Shown in pieces: positions 41,448 to 52,811 of a stretch of DNA of 64,000 nucleotides (position 1 is the first letter of the stretch; every line of letters starts with the position of its first letter). This DNA comes from Caldilineaceae bacterium (lineage in GTDB: Bacteria; Chloroflexota; Anaerolineae; Caldilineales; Caldilineaceae). The notes beneath the pieces were generated by a model. The model was not told the origin of the DNA, made no database searches, and saw only the letters and a program-made list of their open reading frames with translations. A program made the translations under genes and the position numbers. The DNA lies in the NCBI GenBank assembly GCA_041391205.1, contig JAWKOK010000006.1, forward strand, positions 50,533 to 114,532. The letters are read 5' to 3'.

Positions 41448-44400
41448 ATGGACCAAATCACCGCGTTCGATGACTGGATACGACGCCGGCGCAAGGCGTT
41501 GGATTTGACCCAGGCCCAGCTTGCGGCCCGGGTCGGCTGCGCGGTGGTCACCATCAAGAAGATCGAGCAGGCCACGCGGCGCCCGTCGCAGCAGATGGCC
41601 GAACTGTTGGCCGACGCGCTTGCCATTCCGGAGGCAGACCGGGCGCTCTTCCTGCGCATGGCGCGCCACGACTACGTCGCCCCCAGCGCGCTCCCCACAA
41701 TCGTCCAGGACGCGACGGCCGACGCCGCGCCGGCCGCCGCTTTCCTGGAATGGCGCGGGCCGAGTCCCTTCGTCGGGCGGGCGCACGAGATGGCGCAACT
41801 GGACACGCACCTGACCGGCGCGCGCAACGGCAGTGGCCGCATCGTCTTCATCTCCGGCGAGGCGGGACGCGGCAAGACGACGTTGATGACCGAGTTTGCC
41901 CGCCATGCATTGGCAACCTATCCGGATCTGATCGTCGCCGGTGGCAACAGCGAAGCCTACGCCGGAACAGGCAATCCGTACCTCCCGTTCCGCGACATCC
42001 TCGCCTTGTTGACGGGCGACATGGAGACGCCCGGACACGTGCGGGGGCTGTCGCAAGATCAGGTGCGCCGGCTCTGGACGCTGCTGCCCTTTTCCGCCCA
42101 GGCCATCTTGGAACAGAACCCCGACCTCATCGACGTGTTCGTCGGCGGTGCGCGCCTGCGCCGGCAGGTTCTGGCCCACCCCATCGCCGCCACGCTCTGC
42201 CGGGCGCAGATTGAGGCGCTTGACCAGCGCCCCGCGCGTCCCGGCAACGTGCCGCAGCGCCGGCTGTTTGAACAGTATGCCCAACTGCTGCGTACGCTCG
42301 CGCAGCGACAGCCGTTGCTTCTTCTGCTCGACGACCTCCAGTGGATTGACCGGGCGTCAGCGGACATGCTGTTCCATGTGGCAAGGCGTTTGACCGGCAG
42401 CCGCATTCTCTTTTTGGGCACCTTCCGGCGCAGCGAAATCGAAACCGGCGCACCCGCACACCATACGCCAAACCACCCACGCCGGAGCGGGCACAGCGAG
42501 GAGCAGGTTGATGGCCGCGCTGGGGAGCACGACGGGGCTGAGATGCCGCACCAGCATGTGCTCACGCCGCTGCTCCAAGAACTCAAGCGTCGCTACGGCG
42601 ATATCGAGATCAACTTGAGCCAATCGACGCCGGAGCGGGATCGCGCCTTTGTGGATGCCCTGCTCGACAGCGAGCCGAACGAGTTGTCCGAAAGCTTTCG
42701 CGCCAAGCTGTTCCAGCGCACACAAGGCCATCCACTCTTCACGGTCGAACTGTTGCGCGACATGGAGGAGCGCGGCGATCTGGTGCAGGATTCAGCCGGG
42801 AATTGGGTCGAAGAGCGGACGGTGGATTGGGAAGCGCTGCCCGCCCGGGTGGAAGCGGTGATCAGCCGGCGCATCGGACGGCTGCCCGCGGCCCTACGCG
42901 AGGCGCTGAAAGTCGCCAGCGTGGAAGGTGAGACCTTTGCGGCGGAGATCATCGCCCATATTTTGGGGACGGATGGCTGGGAACTGGTGCAGCAGCTAAG
43001 CGGAGTCGCCGGCCGGCAGCACCATTTGATCGTCAGCCAGGGGCCGCAACGTCTGGGCAGCCAGTTGCTGTCGTACTATCGTTTTGTCCACATTCTGTTT
43101 CAGGACTACCTCTACGGACTGCTGGATGCAGCGGAACGGGTCTATCTGCACGAGGCGGTGGGGAACGCATGGGAAACGCTGGCGGCCGGCCGGACGGATG
43201 CGGTGGCCATACAGTTGGCCCGCCATTTCCAAGCCGCCGAACTGCCGGACAAAGCCATCACCTATCTCCATGTGGCCGGCAGGCAAGCCATGGCCCTGTC
43301 CGCGCATCACCAGGCGATTGCCCACCTGACCGACGCCCTGGCTCTGCTGCCGGCGCGCAATGGTACGCAAGCACGCGACGAGCGCGAGCTTCAACTCCTG
43401 ACCGATCTGGGCATCTGCTACAAGATCACCAAGGGCTTTGCCATGCCGGGCGTGGAGGAGGTCTACCGCCGCGCCCAGGAGTTGTGCGAAACGGTGGGAG
43501 ATGCGCTGTCCCGAGCATGCGTGTTGTGGGGCTTGCACAGCGTCTATATCGTGCGCGGCGAGTTGGTCGCCGCCTACAAACCGGCACAAGAATGTTTGGC
43601 GCTGGCTGGGGATGAATCGCTTTTGCATGTCACCGCCAACTCCATGCTGGGCTGCGCGCACAGCCACATGGGCGATGTGCGCGCAGCACGCGTCCATTTC
43701 GAGCGGGCGTTCGACGCCTATCGAGCGGACCAGCACCGCACGTACATTTTCTTGGCGGGACTCGACCTGGGCGTCTTCACCCTTGCCCACCTGGCTCATG
43801 TCTTATGCTATCTCGGCCATCCGGACCGGGCGCTGGAGACCGCACACGCGGCAGTGGACCTGGCACAGTCGCTGGCACATCGGTTCAGCCAGGCCGCAGC
43901 CTTGAGTTACCTGACCATGCTCCACCAGTTGCGCGGTGACCGGCGTGCCGTGCGGGTCGCGGCCGCGCAGACCCATCAACTCTGCGAAGAATACGACATT
44001 CCGTATTACCTGGCCTGGTCAACGTTTATGCTGGGATGGGGCATGGCCGAGCACCAACAGAACGAGGAGGGGATTCTCCGCATGGAGCAGAGCCTTGCCG
44101 ACCTCCTGGCCATGCAGACAGGTCTGCGTCGTCCGTACTATCTCGGCTTGCTGGCGGAGACATACACCACGGTCGGGCGCATCGACGACGGCCTGGCGCT
44201 GATCGCGGAGGCGCTTGCCGTCGTGGACGAACAGGATCAGCGGCTCTACGAGCCTGACTTGCATCGCATTCAAGGCCAGTTGCTGTGGGAACAGGCCGCA
44301 CCGGACGCAGCGGTCGAAGCCTGTTTTCGGCGCGCGCACGAACTTGCCCGGGCCCAGGAAGCGAAACTCATGGAAGTGCGGGCAGCCACGGCGCTGGCCC

Positions 44401-44531
44401 GGCTGCTGCAGCGCCAAGGCAAGAAGGAGGAAGCGCACGGCGCTCTGGCCGAGTTGGTCGCATGGTTCGGCGAAGGGGCAGACACGACAGATCTCCGCCA
44501 CGCACAGGCCGTCCTGGCCACGCTGGCGTAA
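41448..44531 (+). CDS. Large HTH(XRE)-AAA ATPase-TPR signal-transduction regulator
   Basis: Intact 1027 aa. N-terminal LDLTQAQLAARVGCAVVTIKKIE is an XRE-type HTH. The Walker A is ISGEAGRGKTTL and the Walker B-like motif is LLLLDDLQWID. The C-terminal half is TPR-like. Confidence 0.75.
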   Translation: MDQITAFDDWIRRRRKALDLTQAQLAARVGCAVVTIKKIEQATRRPSQQMAELLADALAIPEADRALFLRMARHDYVAPSALPTIVQDATADAAPAAAFLEWRGPSPFVGRAHEMAQLDTHLTGARNGSGRIVFISGEAGRGKTTLMTEFARHALATYPDLIVAGGNSEAYAGTGNPYLPFRDILALLTGDMETPGHVRGLSQDQVRRLWTLLPFSAQAILEQNPDLIDVFVGGARLRRQVLAHPIAATLCRAQIEALDQRPARPGNVPQRRLFEQYAQLLRTLAQRQPLLLLLDDLQWIDRASADMLFHVARRLTGSRILFLGTFRRSEIETGAPAHHTPNHPRRSGHSEEQVDGRAGEHDGAEMPHQHVLTPLLQELKRRYGDIEINLSQSTPERDRAFVDALLDSEPNELSESFRAKLFQRTQGHPLFTVELLRDMEERGDLVQDSAGNWVEERTVDWEALPARVEAVISRRIGRLPAALREALKVASVEGETFAAEIIAHILGTDGWELVQQLSGVAGRQHHLIVSQGPQRLGSQLLSYYRFVHILFQDYLYGLLDAAERVYLHEAVGNAWETLAAGRTDAVAIQLARHFQAAELPDKAITYLHVAGRQAMALSAHHQAIAHLTDALALLPARNGTQARDERELQLLTDLGICYKITKGFAMPGVEEVYRRAQELCETVGDALSRACVLWGLHSVYIVRGELVAAYKPAQECLALAGDESLLHVTANSMLGCAHSHMGDVRAARVHFERAFDAYRADQHRTYIFLAGLDLGVFTLAHLAHVLCYLGHPDRALETAHAAVDLAQSLAHRFSQAAALSYLTMLHQLRGDRRAVRVAAAQTHQLCEEYDIPYYLAWSTFMLGWGMAEHQQNEEGILRMEQSLADLLAMQTGLRRPYYLGLLAETYTTVGRIDDGLALIAEALAVVDEQDQRLYEPDLHRIQGQLLWEQAAPDAAVEACFRRAHELARAQEAKLMEVRAATALARLLQRQGKKEEAHGALAELVAWFGEGADTTDLRHAQAVLATLA

Positions 44532-44608
44532 GGAAGACTTCATGGGCCGTCGGACGCAGCAACCGCAGCGCAGCCACATCTGTGAATAGCCGGCCGGAAT
44601 CGCCACGC

Positions 44609-45877
44609 ATGCACGCGAAATCGCGGCGTCCAGCCCTCCCGCGCCCGTGGCTGCGTCAGGGGCAACGGTGGTGGGTCTTCGCGCCGCCCTTCGTGATGAT
44701 GGCGCTGGCCGTGGGCGCCAATGTGCTGATCGGCGTGGGGCTTGCGCGCCTGCTGGAGCCGGCCGCACTGGGCAAGTACATGGTGATGATCGCGGCGGCG
44801 GGGATGGTGAGCCTCTTCGGGTCGCGCGGCCAGCCCATGCTGACCAAACGGCTCTACGCGTTGCGGCCCCAAGGGACATACGACTGGCTCCGTGACCTTG
44901 CCAACGGTCTGCGCTATTCCCTGCCGGTGCTCGTCGTCGTCCTGCTCGGCGCGATTCTGCTCTACCGCTTGCCTGTGGACGAAGCCGTGCAGTTGACGCT
45001 CCTTGTGCTATTGTCGCTGGTGCTGCTCTTCCTGTCCCAGGTGCTGCAGGCCGCGCGCCACCACGCGCTGGGCAATGTGCTGGTGCGGGTGCCCAATGCC
45101 GTCTTGTTGGGCATGCTGACGCCGTTCTTCACGGGCCGCTACCCGCTCACCCTGGGCGGTGCGGTCGCCCTGCGCATCCTGGCGGCCCTGGTTGCGTGTG
45201 TCATCGGCGCAATCTGGCTGTTCAGGAAGACCACGCGCGGCACCGAGATCATCGGGCGCGACCAGCGCGGCCAGGGACGCGACTATCTGGCCCTGAGCGC
45301 CACGTCACTCATGACGAATGAAGGCGTGATTGTCCTGGCCGGCCTGGTGCTCGCGCCGGTGCAGATGGGGGCGTTTGCCGCGTTGATGATCTTGACGCGG
45401 CCTCTGCACATGCTTCAACTGGTCGTCGTGCAGGTGCTGTCGGTGGAGATCGCGCAACGCAAGTGGACGCCCAACCTGTGGGAATACGGCGGATTCGTGG
45501 CGGTCGCGGTCGTCGGGACGGCAGTGGGCATCGTCATTTTCCCCGCGGCCATTCACTGGCTGTACGCGGGTCGCTACGATGCGTACGGCCGGCTGGCCGT
45601 CCCGTTGATGCTGTCGGCCACATTTGCCCTGCTGGAGGCCTGGCCGCGGGCCGCGCTCAACGGGCGAGCCGCGCCGGCGCTGATTCGCGCCTATTCATCG
45701 ACACAGGTGCTTGTGGCACTGGCCGGCGCCGCGGCCATCCTCATAGTCGGCAACAGCTACGGCATTGGGGCCGTGGCATGGGCGCTCTGCCTCTACGCGC
45801 TGGCGCGGTACGTGGTGAGCGCCGGCGCCACACGTCTCCTGCTGACCGGCAAATATGTGCTGGACACGGGCGATTGA
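44609..45877 (+). CDS. Polytopic membrane protein, probable oligo/polysaccharide flippase (Wzx/MOP-like)
   Basis: 422 aa with about 12 predicted TM helices, adjacent to the convergently oriented glycosyltransferase operon. The start was chosen at ATG 44609, because the upstream part of the ORF is Arg/Gly-rich and non-protein-like. Confidence 0.5.
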   Translation: MHAKSRRPALPRPWLRQGQRWWVFAPPFVMMALAVGANVLIGVGLARLLEPAALGKYMVMIAAAGMVSLFGSRGQPMLTKRLYALRPQGTYDWLRDLANGLRYSLPVLVVVLLGAILLYRLPVDEAVQLTLLVLLSLVLLFLSQVLQAARHHALGNVLVRVPNAVLLGMLTPFFTGRYPLTLGGAVALRILAALVACVIGAIWLFRKTTRGTEIIGRDQRGQGRDYLALSATSLMTNEGVIVLAGLVLAPVQMGAFAALMILTRPLHMLQLVVVQVLSVEIAQRKWTPNLWEYGGFVAVAVVGTAVGIVIFPAAIHWLYAGRYDAYGRLAVPLMLSATFALLEAWPRAALNGRAAPALIRAYSSTQVLVALAGAAAILIVGNSYGIGAVAWALCLYALARYVVSAGATRLLLTGKYVLDTGD

Positions 45878-45904
45878 TGGCGCCCGCCCAGCGGCATGAT
45901 CCGG

Positions 45905-47094
45905 TTATGATGTTGCAGCAAGCAAGCTGGAGTAGAAGGCGAGCACTTCGGCGCCCAACGTCTGCCACGAAAACTCTCCGTGCGCCAGGTCGTACGCCCG
46001 TTGGCCCATCACGTTCATCTGCACCGGGTTGGCCAACAGCCGCGCCACAGCGGCGGCAAAATCCACCGGGTTTTCGGCAGCCAACACGCCGATCCCTCGA
46101 GCACGCACCAGCGCGCCCAAGTCGCCGGTGGGATTGGTGACGATGGGTCGACCGGCCGCGATGTAGTCGCCGAAGCGCTGGGGAAAGCGCGCCACGTTCA
46201 CCACATTGTCCACGTACGGCAGCAACATGACGTCGCCGGCCGCGAGCCAGGCGCCCAGATCCGCGTAGGCGACCTGCCCTACGTGACACACATGGTCGCC
46301 CAGCCCCGCGCCCTCCAGCCGCGCCACCGTGTTCAGCAGCCCCGGCCCGACGAGCACGAGTTGAGCATTGGGCGCTTGGACCAACAAGTGCGGCAGCATC
46401 TCGATCAGCATCTCGATGTCATGGTGGTAGATGCCGATGTAAAGCAGCAGGTGGCGCGCACCGGACAGCCCCAACCGGCGGCGAGCCGTCGTCTTGTCCA
46501 GCGGCGGACCAGGGGAGGGAGTGGCCCCGACAGGCACGTAACAGATGCGCTCCGGGTCGACGCCGAGGCGCAGCGTTTCCTCATGCAGATGGCGCGAGAT
46601 GACCGTCACCCCATCGGCGAAGCCGTAAAGGCACGTTCGCCGTAGTGGTCCACCTTGCCGAGGAGCTGTCGCATCAGAAACGTGCGGCTGTCCGCGTAGC
46701 CGTTGCCGCCCCACAGATCTGCCCAATCGCGCACGAGGACAGTATGTTTCCGATGCTTCTGCAGCCGGACAAAGCGGGCCGGAAGGGCCACGGTCGGGCG
46801 GTGTTCAAAGCAGTGGATGACGTCGAAGGACTGGCCCTCCAAGAAGCGCAGACGGGCGAGGAGTTCGTCCGGACTCACGCCGGCGCCGCGCACGCGCGCG
46901 GCCAGGAGCCCCGGCATCTGGACCATGCGCACGCCATCCAGTTCCGCGCAAAGCGGCGCCGACCCCGCATCACGCCGGGCGCAGAGCAGGGTGACGGCGT
47001 GCCCCTGCGCGGCCAGCGCCTTGCCGAGTGACAGTGCCCGGACAAACGTACCGCTTTCCCACGCCCGACCGTGGGTCAACAAGAGGATGCGCAT
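45905..47094 (-). CDS. Glycosyltransferase family 4 (one frame switch near 46630)
   Basis: N-terminus MRILLLTHGRAWESGT...; C-terminus MLLPYVDNVVNVARFPQRFGDYIAAGRPIV. Confidence 0.7.
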
Positions 47095-47100
47095 TGGGGA

Positions 47101-48150
47101 CTAACGCCTGCCGGCGCGGAGGGCGCGCCAATAGCCCTCTGCCTCGCCCGCCAGCCACGCGCCGTGGGCAAGGAGGATGACGGGCAGCGCCCGCCACGCG
47201 GCCGCAACCTGGCGCGAGCGCCAACCATGCCGCAACGTGCGCGCCGTGAGCTTGAGCAGCCGCAACGGCAAGAGCGTCAGCAGGAGGACGAAAAGCGTGT
47301 GTCGCGCCGACCAGGCGAAATAGGTGCGGCGGACCTGGGCAAACTCGCGGCCGCGCACCCGCCGCTCGCGCAGCAGCGCGGCGACGGAGGAGAGGTGATG
47401 GTGCTCGACCACGGCGTCGGGCATGAAGATGAGCGGAATGCCCAATCGTGTGTACTCCCAACTCATCAACGTGTCGCCCACCATGCCCGTGCCGTCGAAG
47501 CCGCCGATTGCCTGGAGCAATGCACGCGGATAGAGGACGTTGGCGGTTGGTGCAATGTCGATTGCGCGCGGGGCGCCGCCCGGCAGCCACTTGTCAAACT
47601 TGCTGAAATGGACGGCGCGATCGACGGGGTACGTGCCATAGCATTGGTACGAACCGACGATCACGCCGTAGTGGGTGAAATAGGCGGCGACCAGACGCGC
47701 AACCCAGTCGACCGGGGCGTAGATGTCCGGATCGGTCGAGACAATGAGCTCGCCCCGGGCCAGTTCGATGCCGGCATTGCGCGCGGCGTGGGGATAGAGC
47801 CGGCTTGGACTTGCGTAGAAAATCACTTGGGGAAAATAAGTGCGGACAAGCTGGGCGCAGGCATCGGTCGGGCTGCTGTCCACCACGATGATTTCCAGCG
47901 GCTGATAGCTCTGCGCCGTCATCGTCTCAAGACTGCGTCGCAGGGTTGCCTGGGAATTGTAGCTGGGAATGACGATGGAAACGAGGGGTCCGGCACGCGC
48001 AGATTTCGGCGAGCGCGTACGGTCAATGGCTGCCGGTGCTGTCCAGATCGATTTGCTGCCGGGGTGCTTGCGCCGCTTTGTTTTCGAGACCATAATCGCT
48101 GCTACTCGACACGCCAAGCCTGAATGTGATGTACGATCGTCAGCCGTCAC
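47101..48150 (-). CDS. Glycosyltransferase family 2 (start uncertain, possibly ATG 48093)
   Basis: VSIVIPSYNSQATL...IIVVDSSPTD...VSTDPD are the GT2 DxD-type signatures. Confidence 0.75.
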   Translation of the reverse strand: MTADDRTSHSGLACRVAAIMVSKTKRRKHPGSKSIWTAPAAIDRTRSPKSARAGPLVSIVIPSYNSQATLRRSLETMTAQSYQPLEIIVVDSSPTDACAQLVRTYFPQVIFYASPSRLYPHAARNAGIELARGELIVSTDPDIYAPVDWVARLVAAYFTHYGVIVGSYQCYGTYPVDRAVHFSKFDKWLPGGAPRAIDIAPTANVLYPRALLQAIGGFDGTGMVGDTLMSWEYTRLGIPLIFMPDAVVEHHHLSSVAALLRERRVRGREFAQVRRTYFAWSARHTLFVLLLTLLPLRLLKLTARTLRHGWRSRQVAAAWRALPVILLAHGAWLAGEAEGYWRALRAGRR

Positions 48151-48239
48151 GACGGGACTGCATACGGCTCAACTGCGGGCGTCTGCCTGTTTAGTGCGCA
48201 CGTGGGCGTACGCACTGGACGACGTCGTGACCGGGATAC

Positions 48240-49223
48240 TCAGCGACGATCCCCGACGTGGGGATACCCCGCGGGCTGCGCCGGCGCCGGCTCCCGTGCC
48301 TGGGACAGTTCGTAGAACGTCAGCTTTTGCCCCAGATCGTTGCCCATCCCCAGATAGCCAAACAAGAGACCGAATGTGTCCGCCAGATGGATCAGCAGGA
48401 GATACGGAAACAGGCGAATGTACGCGAACCAGTCCCAGTTCGTCAGACGGTGCAGGCGTAGCAGCGATTTGACGATGCGCACCGGCAAGACCAACGGGAC
48501 GGTCACGATCCGCAGCACTCGATAGAAGGCGGAACGACCCTGGACACGCAGGCGCCCGAAGAGTACATTCCAGAAAAAATAGTCGTATGCGATGGTCTGC
48601 GGTCGATCTTCGTTCAGGTGAATCCAGCGGGCCGACGCGTCCAGGTAGAGCGTGTAGCCCAGCTCCTGCAGCCGCCACTGGAGCATGGGTTCGGCCAACA
48701 GCCGCTGGTCCAGATCGTCACCAATCGCCAGCAGCGCGGAGCGTCTGTACGCGGTGTTGAGACCGGGGAGCAAGTCGATCGGTCCCGCCGCGGTCGCGTC
48801 AAGCCAACGGCCAAAACTCAAGACACTGACCAATGTGCCCACACGCGGGCCGGGGTCTGCGGGCACCATCACCCCGGCGACGGCATCGCCCGCGCCCCGG
48901 TCGAAGGCCGCCAGGATGCCCTTGAGCCAACCGGGCAGCGCGATGGCATGCTCTTCGAGATAGCCGACGACGTCACCCCGCGCCACATACATGCCGTAGG
49001 CGCGTAGTTCGCCGTAATGGCGAGCGTAACTCATCCGGATCGTGCGCACCTGGGGGTGATCGCTGCCCGCAAGTTGCGAAAAGCGATCCAGTGCCAGATC
49101 CAGCAGAATGACTTCGGCGCGCTCGAGTCCTTCTTGGGCCAGCAGTGATGCCAGGGCGTTGGCGCCTCGCTCGCGCTGCGTGCCGACAATCAGGATGATC
49201 GAAATGTCCGGCACAGATGCCAT
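48240..49223 (-). CDS. Glycosyltransferase family 2-like protein with C-terminal membrane segment
   Basis: ISIILIVGTQRE...VILLDLA...YLEEHA. The start was taken at ATG 49223 (MASVPD). Confidence 0.55.
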   Translation of the reverse strand: MASVPDISIILIVGTQRERGANALASLLAQEGLERAEVILLDLALDRFSQLAGSDHPQVRTIRMSYARHYGELRAYGMYVARGDVVGYLEEHAIALPGWLKGILAAFDRGAGDAVAGVMVPADPGPRVGTLVSVLSFGRWLDATAAGPIDLLPGLNTAYRRSALLAIGDDLDQRLLAEPMLQWRLQELGYTLYLDASARWIHLNEDRPQTIAYDYFFWNVLFGRLRVQGRSAFYRVLRIVTVPLVLPVRIVKSLLRLHRLTNWDWFAYIRLFPYLLLIHLADTFGLLFGYLGMGNDLGQKLTFYELSQAREPAPAQPAGYPHVGDRR

Positions 49224-49429
49224 TACGTGTCCCACCCTCAAGGGTCCAGGTCCGGTCCGGCGGTGAAGAAGCCAGGGTTCGGGCCCAGATTGCGCCGGGT
49301 ACGCGCCCGGCGTTCGTCGGGCATTCGTCCAAATCAGCCAATGCGATAGTACCACATCAGATCGGCATCCTCAAGCGGGAAAATTACGTCCGGTGTGTTA
49401 ATTTTGGGGAAAACATTACGTTCGATCTG

Positions 49430-50599
49430 CTAATCGTCGGCGTACGCAGGCTCGGTCGGGGACGCCGACGGCGCGTCTTCAGGGCGCGTCCAGCGGCGCA
49501 CGGCCGGCGCGAGGACCTCGACGACCAGCACACGCAGGGCCGCGGCCACGGGCACACCGATGATGCCGCCCACGATGCCGCCCACGGACAAGCCCGCAAA
49601 GAAGGCGAACATGCTCAGCAGCGGCGACGAGTGGGTCTGCCGGCCGACGATGTTGGGGAAGAGGATGTTGCCCTCCACAATCTGAATGCCGGACATGCAG
49701 CCGAACGTGAGCAGCCCGGTCACCAACGACTGGGTCAGGGCGAACCCTGTGATGATGATCAATGAGAGTGCGGTGCCGAGGACGGGAATCGCTTCCAACA
49801 GGCCCGCCAAAACGGCAAGAACGATGGGGTACGGCACGCCGATCAGCCGCAGGCCGATGTAGGTCAGGATGCTGACGAAGAAGCCGGTGATGGTGACCCC
49901 GCGCACGTAGCCGCCCGTTGCCTCCACGAGTTCGTCCAACAAATGATCCGTGTCAGCCTGGCGCGAGTCGGCAACCAGAGACTTGATGAAGTCGCGGACC
50001 CGGGGCCCGACCATGAGGCCGTAGAGCGAAGAAGAAGAAGACCACCAGAATGTTGAGCAGAACGTCGGTCACGGCCATGGGCAGGCTCAGGAGCTGGGAG
50101 CTGATGCCCCCCATGGACGAGATCACATTGTCGAGAAACGGCAGTAGATCCTGAAAGCCCATCTGGTTGAGTCGTTGCGACACGGCGTCGATGGCGTCGG
50201 GCAGGGCGTCGTTGACCTGCTGTACCTGGTCCACCAGCGCGAGCGACCAGTGCGCCCAGACCGATCAGGACGAGAAGGATCAGCAAGTAGAAGCCGATGG
50301 CAGCAGCGTAGCGCGGCATCCACTGAGCCAGCCATGCGACAATGCCGGAGAGCGCGGCGGCGATGGCGAAGCCGAGAAAGAGCAGCGCCAGGGGCTGGGC
50401 CAGGAACCAGACCGCAGCCAGCAGACCCAGGCCGAGGAAAAGCGCGGCGGCCACCTCTGCGATGGCGTGCCAGCCGATGTGTACGAGCAGCGGACGGTCA
50501 GGGAAACCGCGACCGATCCTCGTGGGTCATGCGCAGTTCCGCCTCACGTGTGGACGCTTGCTGGTTGTTGGTCGACTGAACTCGTGATTCTGCGGTCAT
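49430..50599 (-). CDS. AI-2E (PerM/UPF0118) family transporter, frame-disrupted
   Basis: The C-terminal LLEAIPVLGTALS...IVEGNILFPNIVGRQ is the family signature. N-terminal TM segments read in two other frames. Confidence 0.7.
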
Positions 50600-50865
50600 G
50601 GCGCGGTTCCCCTTTGTGTGTTGCAGACAAACTCCTCTCCCCATTCTGACCGATTCCACCTCCGTTCGCCATAGACCATCCGACCGGTCAAGGTACAAAA
50701 CCAGCTACAGAGGCCTCCGCCGCCCGGGCCGATTTCCGGTGAAATTGGGCCTGGTTTTCTATCCTACGGCGCAGCCGGATACATGATTCGTGCAATGCGG
50801 CGAGGTATGGTGATGCCGGCGTACACGACGAGAATTTTACGAGAGAACTTTTGGAGGGACGCACG

Positions 50866-51720
50866 ATGGAACCGACTTCTGATTTGCGGACAATGGAGAA
50901 TCGGGCCGAGGATGCCTCACGTGAGGTGATTCCGTGGGTCGTCTGGCTGGCTCGCATCGGCTGTGCGGCTAAAGGCGTCGTCTACTTCACCATCGGCCTG
51001 CTGGCGGCCCAGGCGGCCATCGGCAGCGGCGGGCAGACCACCGGCCCATCCGGCGCGCTCGCATCGATCGCGGACAACCCGTTCGGCATGGTGCTGCTTG
51101 CGTTGGTGGCGTTGGGTCTCTTCGGCTACGCCCTGTGGCGCTTTGTCGAGGCGTGGGTGGATCCGGAGAATGCGGGAACGGACGCCAAGGGACTGGGCCA
51201 AGCGCGTCGGCTTCTGCGATCAGTGGGGTCATCTATGCGCTGCTTGGCGTGGAAGCCGTCCAGATCCTGCTCGGCTCGGCGAGCGGCGGCGGCAACCGCG
51301 TGGACGACTGGACAGCACGCCTGATGGCGCAGCCGTTCGGTGCCTGGCTGGTCGGCATCGTGGGTGTGGTTGTGGTGGGCACCGGCCTCTACCAATTTTA
51401 CCGCAGCTACAGCGCCAAGTTCCGTGAAAAGCTCAAGCTCTACGAGATGAGCGCCCAGGAAACGAAGTGGGCCACCCGCGCCGGGCGCATCGGCTTTACC
51501 GCGCGGCGTGGTCTACGTGCTCATCGGCAGCTTTCTGGTTGTCGCCGCTTATCGCTCCAACCCGGAACAGGCCGGTGGCATCGGCCAGGCGCTGCAGACG
51601 TTGAGCCGGCAACCGTACGGACCGTGGTTGCTGGGGCTGGTCGCCATCGGCCTCATGGCCTACGGCATCTTTGCCTTCGTCCTTGCCCGCTATCGCCGCA
51701 TCTTCATTGCGAGCGCGTGA
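50866..51720 (+). CDS. DUF1206 membrane protein (three repeats), frame-disrupted
   Basis: GGAGGGA precedes ATG 50866. The KGVVYFTIGLLA / GVIYALLG / GVVYVLIG repeat pattern is characteristic of DUF1206. Confidence 0.6.
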
Positions 51721-52498
51721 GGCTTTCGTGTTGCTGCGTGGTCGCGGGCGCAGGCGAATTCTCAGGCGTTTCCACCTGGCCCCGGCGCTGGAGCCAGCGC
51801 GCGCCCAACCAACACGCCGACGCCCAAACGGCGCCCGCCGCCCAGCCGGCCACCACGTCCGTGGGCCAATGTACGCCCAAGTAGACCCGGCTGACGCCGA
51901 CCAGCACGGTCACCAAAATGGCCAGGCTCAGGATGTAGATCTTCATGTGCCGTTTGGCCTGGAGCCGGGCCAACAGCGCCCCGAGCGTCAAGTAGGTGGC
52001 GGCCGAAAGCATGGAGTGGCCGGACGGAAAGCTGGCGTAGCTCACCACACTGCCGTAGGGCACCAGATCGGGCCGGGGGCGATTATAGGCCGTCTTGAGC
52101 AGCAGGCTCAGCACCATGCCGCCCGCGACCACCGCCAGGACGTAAAACGCACCGTTGTTCTTGCCCTCCAGCAGCAAAAAGCCGAACACGCTCAACGTGA
52201 GCAGGGTCAAGACGCCGAGACCGCCCAGGGCCGTGAAGTCGCGCATCATTTCCTCAAACCAGGGCGGGCCGATGGGATCACCCAGATCGGCCGGATTGGG
52301 GCGCAAGGCCAGGATCAACTGCCGGTCGACGGCGTGGGTGTCACCTTCGGCAACCTCGCTGGCGACCCCCAGAAAAACCCACAGCCCGCCGGCGATGATG
52401 GCCACGGCGAGCAGCAGCGCAAGTTCATGGTGGAAGATGTTTTCGCCGGCACGCCGGATGCGCGCGAAGGGTGGAAGGCTCTCGGACTTCTGCTCCAT
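51704..52498 (-). CDS. PAP2-family phosphatase (undecaprenyl-diphosphatase / lipid phosphatase type)
   Basis: KTAYNRPRP, SFPSGHS and SRVYLGVHWPTDV form the complete PAP2 tripartite motif. Confidence 0.8.
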   Translation of the reverse strand: MEQKSESLPPFARIRRAGENIFHHELALLLAVAIIAGGLWVFLGVASEVAEGDTHAVDRQLILALRPNPADLGDPIGPPWFEEMMRDFTALGGLGVLTLLTLSVFGFLLLEGKNNGAFYVLAVVAGGMVLSLLLKTAYNRPRPDLVPYGSVVSYASFPSGHSMLSAATYLTLGALLARLQAKRHMKIYILSLAILVTVLVGVSRVYLGVHWPTDVVAGWAAGAVWASACWLGARWLQRRGQVETPENSPAPATTQQHESLTRSQ

Positions 52499-52541
52499 GA
52501 CAAGGTCCTCTTTATGTTCGACTGTTTTTCTTCGGTCCGGT

Positions 52542-52575
52542 GGATGTCCATCGATGATGGATGTCCATCGATGAT
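52542..52575. repeat. Exact 17-bp tandem direct repeat (x2) upstream of the PAP2 gene
   Basis: GGATGTCCATCGATGAT GGATGTCCATCGATGAT. Each unit contains the palindrome ATCGAT. Confidence 0.6.
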
Positions 52576-52811
52576 GACGCACCTGGCGCGAGCATAGCCG
52601 CGCCGAGCGCTTCCTGCCATGCATCACAGCCCGTCCACAGGTAACGGAATTGGGTACAGAAACCGCTGCGCATGTACCTGACTTCATATCCATTGGATAG
52701 AGCAAAGTTGGTGCGCCACGTCCGAGCCGACTGTAATCTGGAAGAGCCTAGCGGCATGGACTCGACAAGTTCTAGCCGTGGTCTGTACCCGAATTATGAG
52801 TGTAAGGAGCC

